The notes under the pieces: model-generated
Told to the model about the DNA's origin: nothing
The model's database searches: none
What the model saw: only the letters and a program-made list of their open reading frames with translations
In this document: positions 51,301 to 62,580 of the stretch, one piece after another
Position numbering within the stretch: the stretch's first letter is position 1
Layout of the letters: each line of letters begins with the position of its first letter
Made by a program: the position numbers and the translations under genes
NCBI GenBank assembly: GCA_043228905.1
Contig: JBHGNT010000015.1
Coordinates: forward strand, 9,176,001-9,240,000
Direction of reading: 5' to 3'
Length of the DNA: 64,000 bases
DNA from: Azolla caroliniana
Taxonomy: Eukaryota; Plantae; Polypodiophyta

Positions 51301-53179
51301 ATCGACTAAAGTCATCTATAAAGCTAATGAAATATTTGGCTCCACTAAGAGAAGGGGTTGGAAAAGGTCCACATAGATCACTATGTACTAATGCAAGAGG
51401 GGTAGTGGCTCTAGATCTATGCTTTGGGAATGGTTGTTGGGGCATTTTCCCAAGGATACAACTTTCACACAAAGAGATGGGCTTGAAAGGTTCTTTTGGC
51501 AAACCATGGACTAGATTATTACATTGTAGTGTTTTAAGAGCATTGAAATGCATATGACCTAGACGAAAGTGCCAAAGAGAAGAAGGAGAATGAAGATTGG
51601 TTAAAGATATGGAGGATTGTATTGGGGTAGTATGATGTGCTTCTAAAATAAGAGATGTAGGAATACATTTTATGGGATATAAGCCTCCTTCTCGTTTACA
51701 ACATGTTCTAATAAGTTCTTCATTTGAGGCTTTATGTTTAATAATAGCATGGTTAGGATGAAATTCAATGATAGTACCATTTGTCGTTGCTTGACTAACC
51801 GATAGCAAGTGTTTGGTAATGCCCGGGACATAGAGAACTTCATTGATTGTGAAATGTCTTCCTCCTGTGACTTCAAACGTAATATCACCCTTGCCAATAG
51901 CTTGTTTAGTCCCATTATTTCCAAATCTTACAATGATAGGAGGTTCAACATCCTTATAGTTACATAACCAATCTTTTCTATTAGGTAAGTGGTTAGTAGC
52001 ACCAGTGTCGAGATACCATATGTCATTTACATTACTTGGGTTTGGAATCGTCGCGGAAAGTGATTCAGCAATGAATGCTTGAAGGACGTCGTCATACTTG
52101 TCGCCATTTTGATATCCATCTCCTATGACTTTTTCATCATCCATCTCTTCTTCAACAAGATGGGCTTGTACACGCTTCCATGGTTGATAACTCTTGAAAT
52201 TTGACTTTGCGCGACAATCTTTGGTTGCATGATTTGTACGTTTGCATATTTTACAATAGGTATTGTTGAACCGCATTTCTCCTTGTTTAGTGTTTTGATC
52301 TTTCTTTATCCACGGCTTCGAGCTTTCTCCTCTTTGGGTGAACCTTTTGTTCTTGTATGCTACCATTGCCATACTTGGAGTTGAATTTGAAGACCTTTGT
52401 GAACGCATTGTTTCCTCCTGTCTAATGTTTGCAAGAAGATCGATTAGCGTTGGACAATTTATAGAGTTTTGGGTGGTTCTAAAAGTGGACCACGAGTGAG
52501 GAAGAGCACCAAGGAGGAGAATCTTTTGTAATTTATCATGGATTTCTAATCCTGAAGTTAACACATCATCTAATTTCTTTTGCCATATTAATAGAAATTC
52601 ACCAACCGGTTGTTCGTCATTCATTTTGTAATTAACAAGTGCTTGAAGTGTATGCGCTTGTTGGGCATCATTTTTCGGCTCGTAGATAGTTTGTAAGTGC
52701 TTCCACATTTCATGAGCCGTCTCCATTTTTCGCAATGTTTCTCCGGTGCCATCACTTACGTGCATTAGAATTTCCATTCTTGCACACAAATCTTTTTCTT
52801 CATATTCTTCAAGTTCTTCGCCTTTTTCAGGTTTTGTTGACTATCCTGAAATTATGTCCCATACTTTATTATATTTAAAAAGTAATTCTAATCTTGCCTT
52901 CCAAATTCGATAATTTGTGTCCGATAATTTCTCAATCGTGAATTTTCGCATGTTGAGTTGCGACAACGACATAGATTGCGCCATTATTGCAGAGGGCTGT
53001 CCGGATCAGCGCACGGCAAACACAAAATTATCGTTCGTTATTTGACGATCTTGAACACTATGAATATAATTTATAGGGCACGTGTTTTGTAATTTTTAGA
53101 AAGGCATTGGCTATAAGGCTATTAGGTCGTTTGGCTCTGATACCATGTTGGGAAAGAAGAGAAAGAGAGATAGAAAGAA

Positions 53180-53229
<50 letters not shown>

Positions 53230-53417
53230 GGGAAATAGAGAAAGCATTTTATTATTATTATAATGCCCCTTAAATGAATATAACGTTGGTGGTGGCTTTA
53301 TAAGACCACCACCAATAGGCTTACGGTTTCCTTCTCATGAAGGAAACCGATTTTATAAGAACTACATATTAATATATTTTATTTTATTTTATTTTATTTT
53401 GCTTATTATTTTCCTCA
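48302..53417 (-). mobile_element. Copia element H, near intact
   Basis: LTRs at 48302-48550 and 53146-53417 differ mainly in (GA)n length. TSD GTTTT at 48297-48301 and 53418-53422. iMet PBS at 53134-53145. PPT at 48551-48560. Confidence 0.97.
48572..52984 (-). pseudogene. Copia gag-pol of H; open except for a single TAG at codon 48 (52841-52843)
   Basis: ATG at 52984 (MAQSM..IEKLSDTNYRIWK) is in frame with the 1405-aa ORF. Motifs CKICKRTNHATKDC, WYLDTGA, HSDLCG, QNGVSERKN, VYVDDL, SSTEAEY. Confidence 0.93.
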
Positions 53418-54743
53418 GTTTTTCGGCCATCACTTGGCCGTACTCTCGGCCATCCGTCTCGACCGTGTGTCTCGGCCGTACTTTGGGCCACGCGTCTCCA
53501 CCGTCTTCTCAGCCACTCATTTGGACCGTGCTTTCGGCTGCACATCTCGACTATGCTCTTTGCCGTGCGTCTTGGCCGTCGTTTGTCGGCCATCACTTGG
53601 TCGTACTCTCGGTCTGGCTGGTTATATGACCGCCTAGCCGGACCGGCTGTCCGGTTGGCTGTTGGCACCAACTGTCGTCGTCTATCTGTTGGCCGCCGGT
53701 CCTGGTCCATCCGTTGTACAACGGTCGTCCGTATCCGGTGTCATCTATGGTTGCTAGACACCGGTTGTCTGGCTGTCTGTCGGCCTTTTTAATTCGCCGA
53801 TCGTCTTTCAGTCGTTACTCGGTTGTTGGCCATCCCTGAACCCTGGCATGTTGTCAGAACTCACAATGAGTGCATACGTTTCTCTATTGATAGAATAACA
53901 GGTGCTTCATCATGTCCAGTGATAGGAGATACGCCGCACACCCTATGCAATAGATGTTGGACTTGTAGTTTGATCCCATTTTGTACTTGTTGATTACCAC
54001 AGGTGAGAGTGACAGAGGCAATAGTTGATTGCCCACAATAGCACAAGGATGAAGGCCGCCATGTCCACACCTAGATAATGCCCTCGTTTTTGTAAAAGGC
54101 ATAGGTCAGAATAGGAAAGAGTTCATCTTTTCTGCTTTAGTGCTGAAGACGAGGCCATTGACATTGATTACAGCACAAGAATAGGGGAAAAGGAGTGGGA
54201 TATACCATGGGTCTGAAAGATTGAGTCTGTCTCCTTCTGCGATGACCAAAATACAACTTGTGGTAGCACGTGTTGCAGCAAGGTAAAATGATCTTGCATG
54301 TTGATCTTCAAAGCGAGAAGAGAACCAGTAAGGGGGTGTAGGTAGTTGGATGAGATGATGATCCGAGATGATGACAATTAGAATCACAATAGTAGCTTGC
54401 TTATGTCGTAGTTAATGACGAAGCAAAATCAGAAATCATTTTTGAAGAGGATTAACACACATATGCGGGACAAAAACCTTGTGATACCTGATCACACTGA
54501 ACAACCAAGAGCAAGCAAGAAGTTTAGGGTTATGGGAAAGAGAAATAGATAGACTTCCTCTAAGGGGTATTGTGGAGATCTCCATCACAGTTTGGTTGTC
54601 ACACAAAGAGTCCACGTACAAACCACACTCTCCAACACAGATACAAATAGACACGTATAGAGGGAGAGAATGAGGGATTAGTTAGGGATTAGTGATGGAG
54701 CTGGAGATTGAGGGAGAGTGAAACTTCTTCTCAAGGGAGGGTT

Positions 54744-54761
54744 GTCCCACCCGGCGTGCCA
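54744..54761 (-). promoter_or_regulatory. Primer binding site of G, tRNA-Arg(UCU)-type
   Basis: Minus strand TGGCACGCCGGGTGGGAC, 4 nt after the 5' LTR. 17/18 match to recalled TGGCACGCCCGGTGGGAC. Confidence 0.85.
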
Positions 54762-55092
54762 AAAGTGTTGTCGGGGTGGAGGGTGAAGCCTAGAATGGCT
54801 TCACCCCCCTCCCAAGGGGGTTACGATAGAGAGAGAGGAGAGAGTGAAAATAAGAATGACACCAAAATAAGAGGAAAAAAGTGTATATCTCATTACATGC
54901 CCATAAGGGGTTTATATAATACATCCAATATAACGGTTACATAACCGTTATAAATAAGACCATTACATTCTTGTACACATGCATATAATTGTGCATGTGT
55001 CCATACACATACTCACACACTCATTTACTTTACACATACACATCAACCACATCATTACACCTACCCTTATGCTTCCTTGTATATTCTTACGG

Positions 55093-55793
55093 TGTCGTGA
55101 AGAAAACCGACCATAGGCGGAATCAGAGAAAAAGGCGCATGAACCGGCTCTTACATGGGTGGACGCGTGAATTGATATTTTGTACATGATTCATAATTGG
55201 GTCGGTTGATGTAAATACTAGGTAGTATACAATTATTAGGGGATTGTGCGTATCTCTGTCAAAAAGGGACAAGGAATAAAGCGGTTTTGACTAGGGAGAA
55301 AGGGGCACCCCCTTTTTGCGAACTATTTAAGGAGGGAGAGAAGGAAGAAAAGGGACCGCGTGTTAGGGAGGACGAAGTGTTGCAGGACTGGGTGCCAAGC
55401 TCTCTCTCCTCCTCCAATCGTCATTCTCTGTGGGTGTTGGGAGTTCGACGCCTCTGCTTCGTGGCTAGCCCGTGCACTGCCAGCAGAGGCTCTCCCTTCT
55501 ACGCTTCTTTTTTTTTGGGGTCCAGTGTGTTCTGTCTATGTGCGTGAGTAGGATCCCCGTGTCAGGTCCATCGCCGCCTTGTCGGTTATAATCGTCAGAG
55601 TTTGTAATCTCTTGATATTGTAATCTATTGTTACTGTAATTAAGTGTTCCGTTTCTTTCTCTTTCCTTCTCCCTTCTACGTATCTGCAAATCTCTTCTCC
55701 TCTCCTCTTCTCTCTCTCTCTCTCTCTCGCTCCTCGGTTCAAGGTCCCCGTGGTCCTGCCTCTTTCTACACGCACGCGCATAACAACGCGACA
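55093..55793 (+). mobile_element. Solo LTR I (701 bp), related to the LTR of D, inside the 5' LTR of G
   Basis: TGTCGTGAAGAAAACCG..CGCGACA. 4-bp TSD ACGG/ATGG, judged against the uninterrupted left LTR of G. Confidence 0.88.
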
Positions 55794-55813
55794 ATGGGTA
55801 GGGTAACAATACA

Positions 55814-56508
55814 TTAATAACTTTGCACATGACTAGGAGTAGGTCGGTGTGATGTAAATATACTAGGAAGAATATATTTATTAGCTAGAAAATCGAAGTG
55901 TATCTTTGCCCAAAGGGACAAAGAATAAAGATGATGTAAACTGGATGTGACAGTCTCTCCCTGGCAGCCTATAAAAGGACGGGGAGAAGGATGAAACGGT
56001 ATTGCGTTTTAAGGGCGAGGACGAAGCGATGTCGGACTAGGAACCGAGCATTTTTCTCCTCATTTCCGTTGGTCTCTGCAGGTTTTCGCGAGGTCATCTC
56101 TGCTCGCGAGAGAAGCTCGTGCCCTTCTAGCTAAGGCTCCACTGAGTGTTTTACGTGTGTGCGTGCTCGGTCACTCGCCGGCGTGCCGGTTGTAATCTCG
56201 GGAGTATCATATTTGTTTAGTTGTCTTAATCGATTCTTTGGGTTGCGGCCTCTCGGTGTATTTGTGTATAGTCTAATCCACTGTCATCACGGAGCCGGTC
56301 GAGCACGTTTCTCTGTTTATTTTGTACGCAATTGTGTTATTCGTTTTACCCGATGAGCATTGCTTGCCTGTGACAGGCACTTGCCGGCCTCGTATAATTA
56401 CTTGCCAGAGGTCGGTATTTGCCGGCCCATCGCTTCCGCTCCCTTCTCTCTCTGTTTCTGTGCACTCCTCGGTCCAAGGCCCTCGCAGTCCCGCCTTAGT
56501 TTCCTATG
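55814..56508 (+). repeat. Remainder of the 3' LTR of element D
   Basis: Aligns to about 19688-20372 and stops about 20 bp before the LTR end. Confidence 0.9.
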
Positions 56509-57720
56509 GTATAACAGTAGCTCATGTAGAGACACATGTGCTCCACTTGCCAATGTCCGATTCAAAAAGTACATGGTTGTCCTGACCGCTTCGGCCAAAT
56601 AAAATTTAGGCATTCTCTTCTCCATCGATGAAGGAGACAAAATATCGGCTCCTGCCAATGCTTACATTCTGTGTCGTTCCCTAGACATCCGAATGGATTA
56701 GATCGAGCTTGTTATGGCTCTGATTGCGTTCGTTGGGGAACGGAAGTCGTTGTTGCTTCCCAAGTTGGCACACTTCACAAACTTGGCCCTTCCGGCCATT
56801 GAATGTCGGCAAGCCGAAAATTGTCTGCTTTGTCTGCACGTCGTGAAGCTTTGGGAAGTTGATGTGGCCAATACTCTTGTGCCACAGGTCGATGTCCAAT
56901 TCGACCTTCTGTCCCTTGGCAAACATAGTGGCACCAATATCATTAGTTTTGAGGATAAACATTCTCCCTTCTCTGTGAACACACATGATCCACGACCTTT
57001 GTCTTCCGAACTTGCATGCCTTGGTCGACAATCTGTCAACCCAACACCAAATTCTTGGTGATTATCGACACATGCAAGACGTTCCTCATCAGACCTCTCT
57101 GGCTGACGTGCCTCAGAGGAACATTGCCGATATGCTCAATGCGGTGGATTGTGTTATCATCGGGCTCGACGTATCACGACTGCTCCGGCTTCTCAAGGCT
57201 CCAGAACCATTCTTCATGGTTCATCATGTGCTTGGAAGCTCTAGAGTCAACATACCATATCTTCTTCGGTTTCGAGGTGCTCCCCTCCATCAAGTTGACC
57301 TTATGCTTCATTACGAACGCAGGGTCCTTTTCGGCATGCCCTAAATTCTCTGCATAGTGTGATCGTTATCGATTTCCTGCCTTGGCTTTGTCTGAATCGG
57401 CCTTCTTCTTCCAACACTCGCTTTTCTTGTGGCCCGTTTTTCTATAAGGCCAGTAGTTCATCCACTTGGTTTGTTGGATTCTGACACCACCCTAACTCCC
57501 CTTGCTCGTGGAGGGTCCTCGATTGCTTTCTTCTCTTTTGTTATACCTCTACTCATATCAGCCACCATTTGTGCGTGCTGAACCACCTCTTTCACCATGA
57601 CCACGGGGCCATTCCACCTCTGTGTACAACATCTATCTGGTTGTCAGCATGCATGCTCCTCAATGCACATGTGTGGTTCTCTACGACTAGGAGCATCAAC
57701 TCCAAGTCGAAGAAAGATGG
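56509..57720 (-). pseudogene. Degenerate copia fragment (gag end, protease, integrase start) related to A/B/E
   Basis: PSFFDLELMLL, DIDLWHKSIGHINF, CEVCQLGKQ, LDLIHSDV, EKRMPKFYLAEAV. Confidence 0.85.
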
Positions 57721-58168
57721 TGGGCAAATCTGCCTTGATCACATCCCAAAAAAATTTGAAAAAATCTCTTGATAGTCCATTGGAGCCTGGAGAGGACGTT
57801 CTCAAATACCTGCCAAAGCATTAGTCACCTCCTCTTCCAAGAGAGGCCTCGCCAGATTAGCTTGTGCCACATCTGAAATTTTGTGTTGCATTCCCTCTAG
57901 CACATATTCTATCATAGCAGGTTCTCTTCACCTAGGAGCATCAACTCCAAGTCGAAGAAAGATGGTGGGCAAATCTGCCTTGATCACATCCCAAAAAATT
58001 TCAAAAAAATCTCTTGATAGTCCATTGGAGCTTGGAGAGGACGTTCTCAAATACCTGCCAAAGCATTAGTCACCTCCTCTTCCAAGAAAGGCCTCACCAG
58101 ATTAGCTTGTGCTGCATTTGAAATTTTGTGTTGCATTCCCTCTAGCACATATTCTATCATAGCAGGTT
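57679..58168. repeat. 245-bp tandem duplication spanning a copia/LINE junction
   Basis: CTAGGAGCATCAACTCC at 57687 and 57932. GGTT at 57675, 57920 and 58165. Confidence 0.9.
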
Positions 58169-59740
58169 GTTCGGGGATACTGTAACTATCCGAAAGCAAC
58201 TCATGATGGTGTAAGGTGACCGCCTCCAAGATCTCCGAAATATCCTCCGACATAGAGCCATCTTCCTTAACCAACTTCGGGCTGTAGCTACAATTTGTTC
58301 TAGGCTCTTTATGCATGAAAACTTGTTTATTCACCTTATCACCATTTTTGCTCCACCATGCCGCCGAACTCCTAAATAGCATCATATTTCTGGATGCAAT
58401 CAAGCGTGCAACGTTTCTTTGGCAGCCTCAAGGCTTGCCCTAGACCATTGGCATCAGGGATCTTTCTGTAATAGCCTTTGGGCAATCACTATTGATCTCC
58501 TTAAACACATTTCTTCCTCCTTAGACCTCACAATTCTACTTTTAGTCGCCCTATGGAGATAAGTTGAAGTTTCGATAATCTTCCCTTGAAGTTTATCAAT
58601 TGTGCCACACCCAGCCGAATTGTTTTCCCATACACCTTATGTTTCTACTCACCTCTGCATCCTCAAAAAAAAATTTGTTAATCCTCACATTGCAGTCCCT
58701 TGCTGGTCTTCTCTGAGTTTCTAGCGTTATCTTAACCGGCATATGATCAGAGTAGGTTGAACCTGCAATGATTTCAACATTGGTTCCAAAATTTTCTAGT
58801 TCAGAACTTATGTATATTCTATCTATGCGAGACATGCAAAAGCCATGCATACTTCAACCTACTCTCGAAAAACTTAGCGAACTTCGAAGCTTTTTTATTA
58901 CATGCCAGGCATCTTTCACCCCCATTTGACCCATCAGCAAATCCCATGCAACTAGGTCAGCCCCTTGCACCACCATTTGCATACCCCCCCCCCCCCCCCC
59001 ACCTTGTCCTCTTTGTACAAAGTCATATTAAAATTCCTTGCAAGGATCCATGCATCTGCAATCGGCAAGCCATCAGCCCATTGCCTCCAAAAAAGGGCCT
59101 GGTTCATTGACGAATTGGGTGTATACACATTTATTATGCCAATTATACATTGGGACCATCTAATCGTCACATAGATGGCACGTCCCTCCGCTATGGTGTC
59201 CTGTCCCAGCACAACGACATCTAAAGACTTCCTTATAGATGTACAAACACCCCTTTCCTACCGTGCTCACCTTAAGCTGGGGACCAGAACATCTGCCAAT
59301 CCCCCTCAAGAGGATTGCTAATATTCAAGATCTTGTTCGCACTTAGATGGTGCTCTTGCAGCAACAATATATACGGGGCCCCCTTGAAACATGGGGATTT
59401 GAACTCCTGTCGGAAGTTCTTCATCTCCAACATACATTTGCTACCTCCTAGACCTTGTATGTTCCACGTGAGTAATTTCATGAAAACATGAGTGAAGTCT
59501 CCCATGACGGACATAGCCCCTCCCCTTGAGTCCACGCCCAACCACCCTTATTAAGCCTCTCCCATCCCAACACAATATCCTGCCTCATTGCATCCTCCAT
59601 TTCCTCCTCATGGAAGTGCAACACCTCATCAAGGGAGTCTACCCTCTCTTCTATGCTTAGTAGCAACAGTTTTTTAATGCATGAATCATTGACCCTCCCA
59701 CAGATCATTTTCACATTCAGCCACATCACTCTCCAGTTAT
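57721..59740 (-). mobile_element. Truncated L1-type LINE relic (AP endonuclease and linker up to the start of RT)
   Basis: MKLLTWNIQGL (ATG 59481), LLLQEHHL, INVYTPN, SRIDRIYIS, SDHMPV, SPGSNGLSRDFF..FWD. Confidence 0.88.
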
Positions 59741-59787
59741 CTCTGTTAGAAATATTGAGAATCGATTAGATAGGTATATAGAGTTAT

Positions 59788-62580
59788 AACCACAAAGTTC
59801 GTCAATTGTTGGCTTGTAGAAGATTCCGTAATTTAAAGTACCCACAATGTACTTTAATACACGTAGTGCAACTTTCCAATGAGTCTCCTTCGGCTTGTTG
59901 CTGAATCGACTCACCACACCGACTGCCAAACAAATATCCGGCCTAGTGTTGCATAGGAAAATTAGACTTCCTACTAGTTGTCTATACTTCCTTATGTCAA
60001 CCATTGGTGACGGGTCTTCTTGGGATAGCTTGTAGTTTGACTCCATTGGAGTTGACTTCGACTTGATGTCCATCATCCCAAAGGTCTTCAAGATCTCTGT
60101 TGTGTACATTCTTTGTGACATGAAGATGCCAACCGAGGTTTGCCAAACCTTAATTCCAAGGAAGTAGTGTAAAATCCCCAAGTCTATCATTTCAAACTCA
60201 GTTTTCAAACACTCTTGTGTTTGGCCAATACACTCTTCATGATCACCAGTAAGTACTAGATCATCCACATAAATGATGATGATGACTTGTTTCCCGACCT
60301 TCATTTTGACATACATACTTGCATCCGAAGCACATTGCTTAAAGTCGATTCATTGTAAGAAGCTGTCTATCCTCTTGTTCCAAGCTCTTGGTGCTTGCTT
60401 TAGACCATACAACGCCTTCTTCAACTTGCAGACTTTGTTTTCTGAATTCGGCATCTCAAACCTTGGTGGTTGTGTCATTTATACCTCCTCCTTGAGATGC
60501 CCATTCAAAAATGCCGATTTGACATCCATTTGATAAATCGGCCATCCTCTTGAAGCAGCCAACGCTATGACCATTCGAATTGTTGTCATGCGAGCTATTG
60601 GGGCAAATGTTTCTTGTACATCGAACCCTTCAATTTGGGAGCATCCTTGCGCTACTAGCCTGGCCTTAAATTTCTCCAAAGAACCATCAGTTATATACTT
60701 TACTTTCCACACCCACTTGGTGCCTATCACCTTCCTCTTTATTGGCCTCTCTACCAACTCTCACGTGTCATTTTTCATGATGCTATTGTATTCTGATATC
60801 ATCGCCTCTTTCCACTTCGGGTCGGCCATGGCTTCCTTCACCGAGGTTGGCTCACTCACTGAGCCTATGATGTCCACCATCAGAGCCATGTTGACAATGT
60901 GGTTAGAGGTTCTCCCTTGCTCCTGTATTCTTCTTGATCTTTGTATCCATCAGTTGAAGTTTCAAGAAACTCAACTTTAGGAGTACGGTCATTGAAGAGT
61001 TGTTGATCCCACTTAGGTATTTTCTTTACATGTGGCAGTGGCATAGGTTGAACTAGCGAGCCATTACCATCAAATGGTTCAGCTTCCTTTTATGGACAAT
61101 GGGTCGGGATTGGGGGGAATACTTCTTTGGTTGATGAGATAACTTGAGAATCGTTGTTCTCAACTAGTTGTGGTCATTCCTCATCGAACACCACATCGCG
61201 GCTTGTCAATATCTTTCTTGCCTCTAGATCGTAGAGTCAATAGGCCTTTGACTCTTCACTATATCCGAGAAAGATACACTTCTTGCTTTTAGCATCCAAC
61301 TTCTTTCTACTCACACCTAGAACATGTGTGTAGCACGTACACCCAAAGGTTTTGAAGTGCAGCACTGAATAAGCCTCTTGGGGTCTTTGCCTTGAAGTGC
61401 CTTCGTGTAGCTCCGATTGAGGATGTAAACTATTGTATTCACTACTTCAGCCCAGAATGGGTCGGGCAGCGCTTGTGCCTTCAACATACACCTAGCCATC
61501 TCCACAACTGTTTGGTTTCGACGTTTGACAACGCCATTTTGTTGTGGAGTGTAGGCAGTTGTAAGTTGGCGCTTAATTCCATGCTCTTTGCAATATCACA
61601 TAATTCTATTGATAAGAATTCTCCACCTCGATCAGAGTGTAACTCCTTCACTAACTTTCCGGACTCCCGCTCGACAAACTTATGCCATCTTTTGAAGATT
61701 TTAAAAGCTTCAGCACCCATTGCAGGAGTCACCATTTTTCCAGAGAGGTCGATGTGTATTAGTTGTAGAGGAGTCTTTGTCCGATTTTAACTCTCTTTTG
61801 GAATGGCTGATCTTTGATGCTTGCCCATCATACAAGCATCACAAACATGACTTAAGTAAGATAGGGTTGGCAACCCAACTACCATATTTGACTTCTTCAT
61901 CTCCTTCAACATAGCAACATTGAGATGCCCAAATCTCTCATGCAATTGCTTTTTGTTAGTACTTGTGTTGTGGTCAGTAGAAATTGTAAACATGCTTAGC
62001 TCATAGAGATTGTTGCGCCTTACCCCTATTCCTACAACCTTGCCAGCAAAATCTGTTATTTCTACACCCGACTTCTTGAATCGAACATCAAGACCCTTGT
62101 CGGTCAGCGCAGAAATGGACAATAGATTCTTCTTGAGATCTGGCACGTACAACACTTGAGAGAGATGCTTTGTCCCGCCGGTCGTTGCTTTGAGGGAGAC
62201 AATTCTGGTTCCTTTGGCTGGACATCGAGCATTGTTCCCGACCACAACATTGATGGGCTCTTGTAGAGGTGTCCAAGAGTTGTACTAGTCACGATTAGAG
62301 GTCATATGTCAGGATGCTCCACTATTGAGAATCCAAGAGTCATCGACAACTTCTTCAGTTGCAACCCATAACTCAAGCTCATCTGCGACATTGTTGGCGG
62401 ACTCGGGCTCTCTCCAAGAAGTCTTACTAGAACCATTCTTCTCATCCGCCATCTTCTTCCGACAATCCTTGATTGTGTGACCCTTCTTGTCATAGTAGAA
62501 AGAAGATCCATTGAACTTCTTCTTCTTTGGTGTAATAGTGAAACTGATGGAGAGTATAATGGTGAGAGAGATCATGAAGA
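59788..62580 (-). pseudogene. Degenerate copia gag-pol relic J
   Basis: [62 protein letters not shown]. Confidence 0.9.

Larger units (their letters stand above)
46930..55808 (-). mobile_element. Element G: non-autonomous LTR element with two PBS-like sites, inserted in the 3' LTR of D; contains H and I
   Basis: Direct LTRs at 46930-47274 and 54766-55808 (the latter split by I). TSD ATACA at 46925-46929 and 55809-55813. A minus-strand TATATAAA followed by a CT-rich leader sets the orientation. No gag/pol recognised. Confidence 0.9.
19609..56508 (+). mobile_element. Element D: old non-chromovirus Ty3/gypsy (possibly Phygy/Selgy-like) hosting B, E/F, G/H/I and a solo LTR
   Basis: 5' LTR at 19609-20393. 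PBS TGGTGAACCCGGCCTGAA at 20401-20418 (tRNA-Trp-like). The gag/pro/pol pieces rejoin across TSDs. PPT-like GGTGGGGGTGGA precedes the 3' LTR (46851-46929 + 55814-56508), whose last ~20 bp are lost. Confidence 0.9.

Noticed and set aside
52841-52843. Stop-codon readthrough in H
   Set aside because: The TAG is at codon 48 of gag, lacks the CARYYA context and fits a CAG-to-TAG mutation.
54744-54761. tRNA genes at the ..GTGCCA motifs
   Set aside because: Only about 18 nt match a tRNA 3' end, and there is no D arm, anticodon arm or cloverleaf.
59744-59790. TGTTAGA as the start of another LTR at the LINE/copia junction
   Set aside because: The stretch is under 50 bp, with no partner end or TSD.
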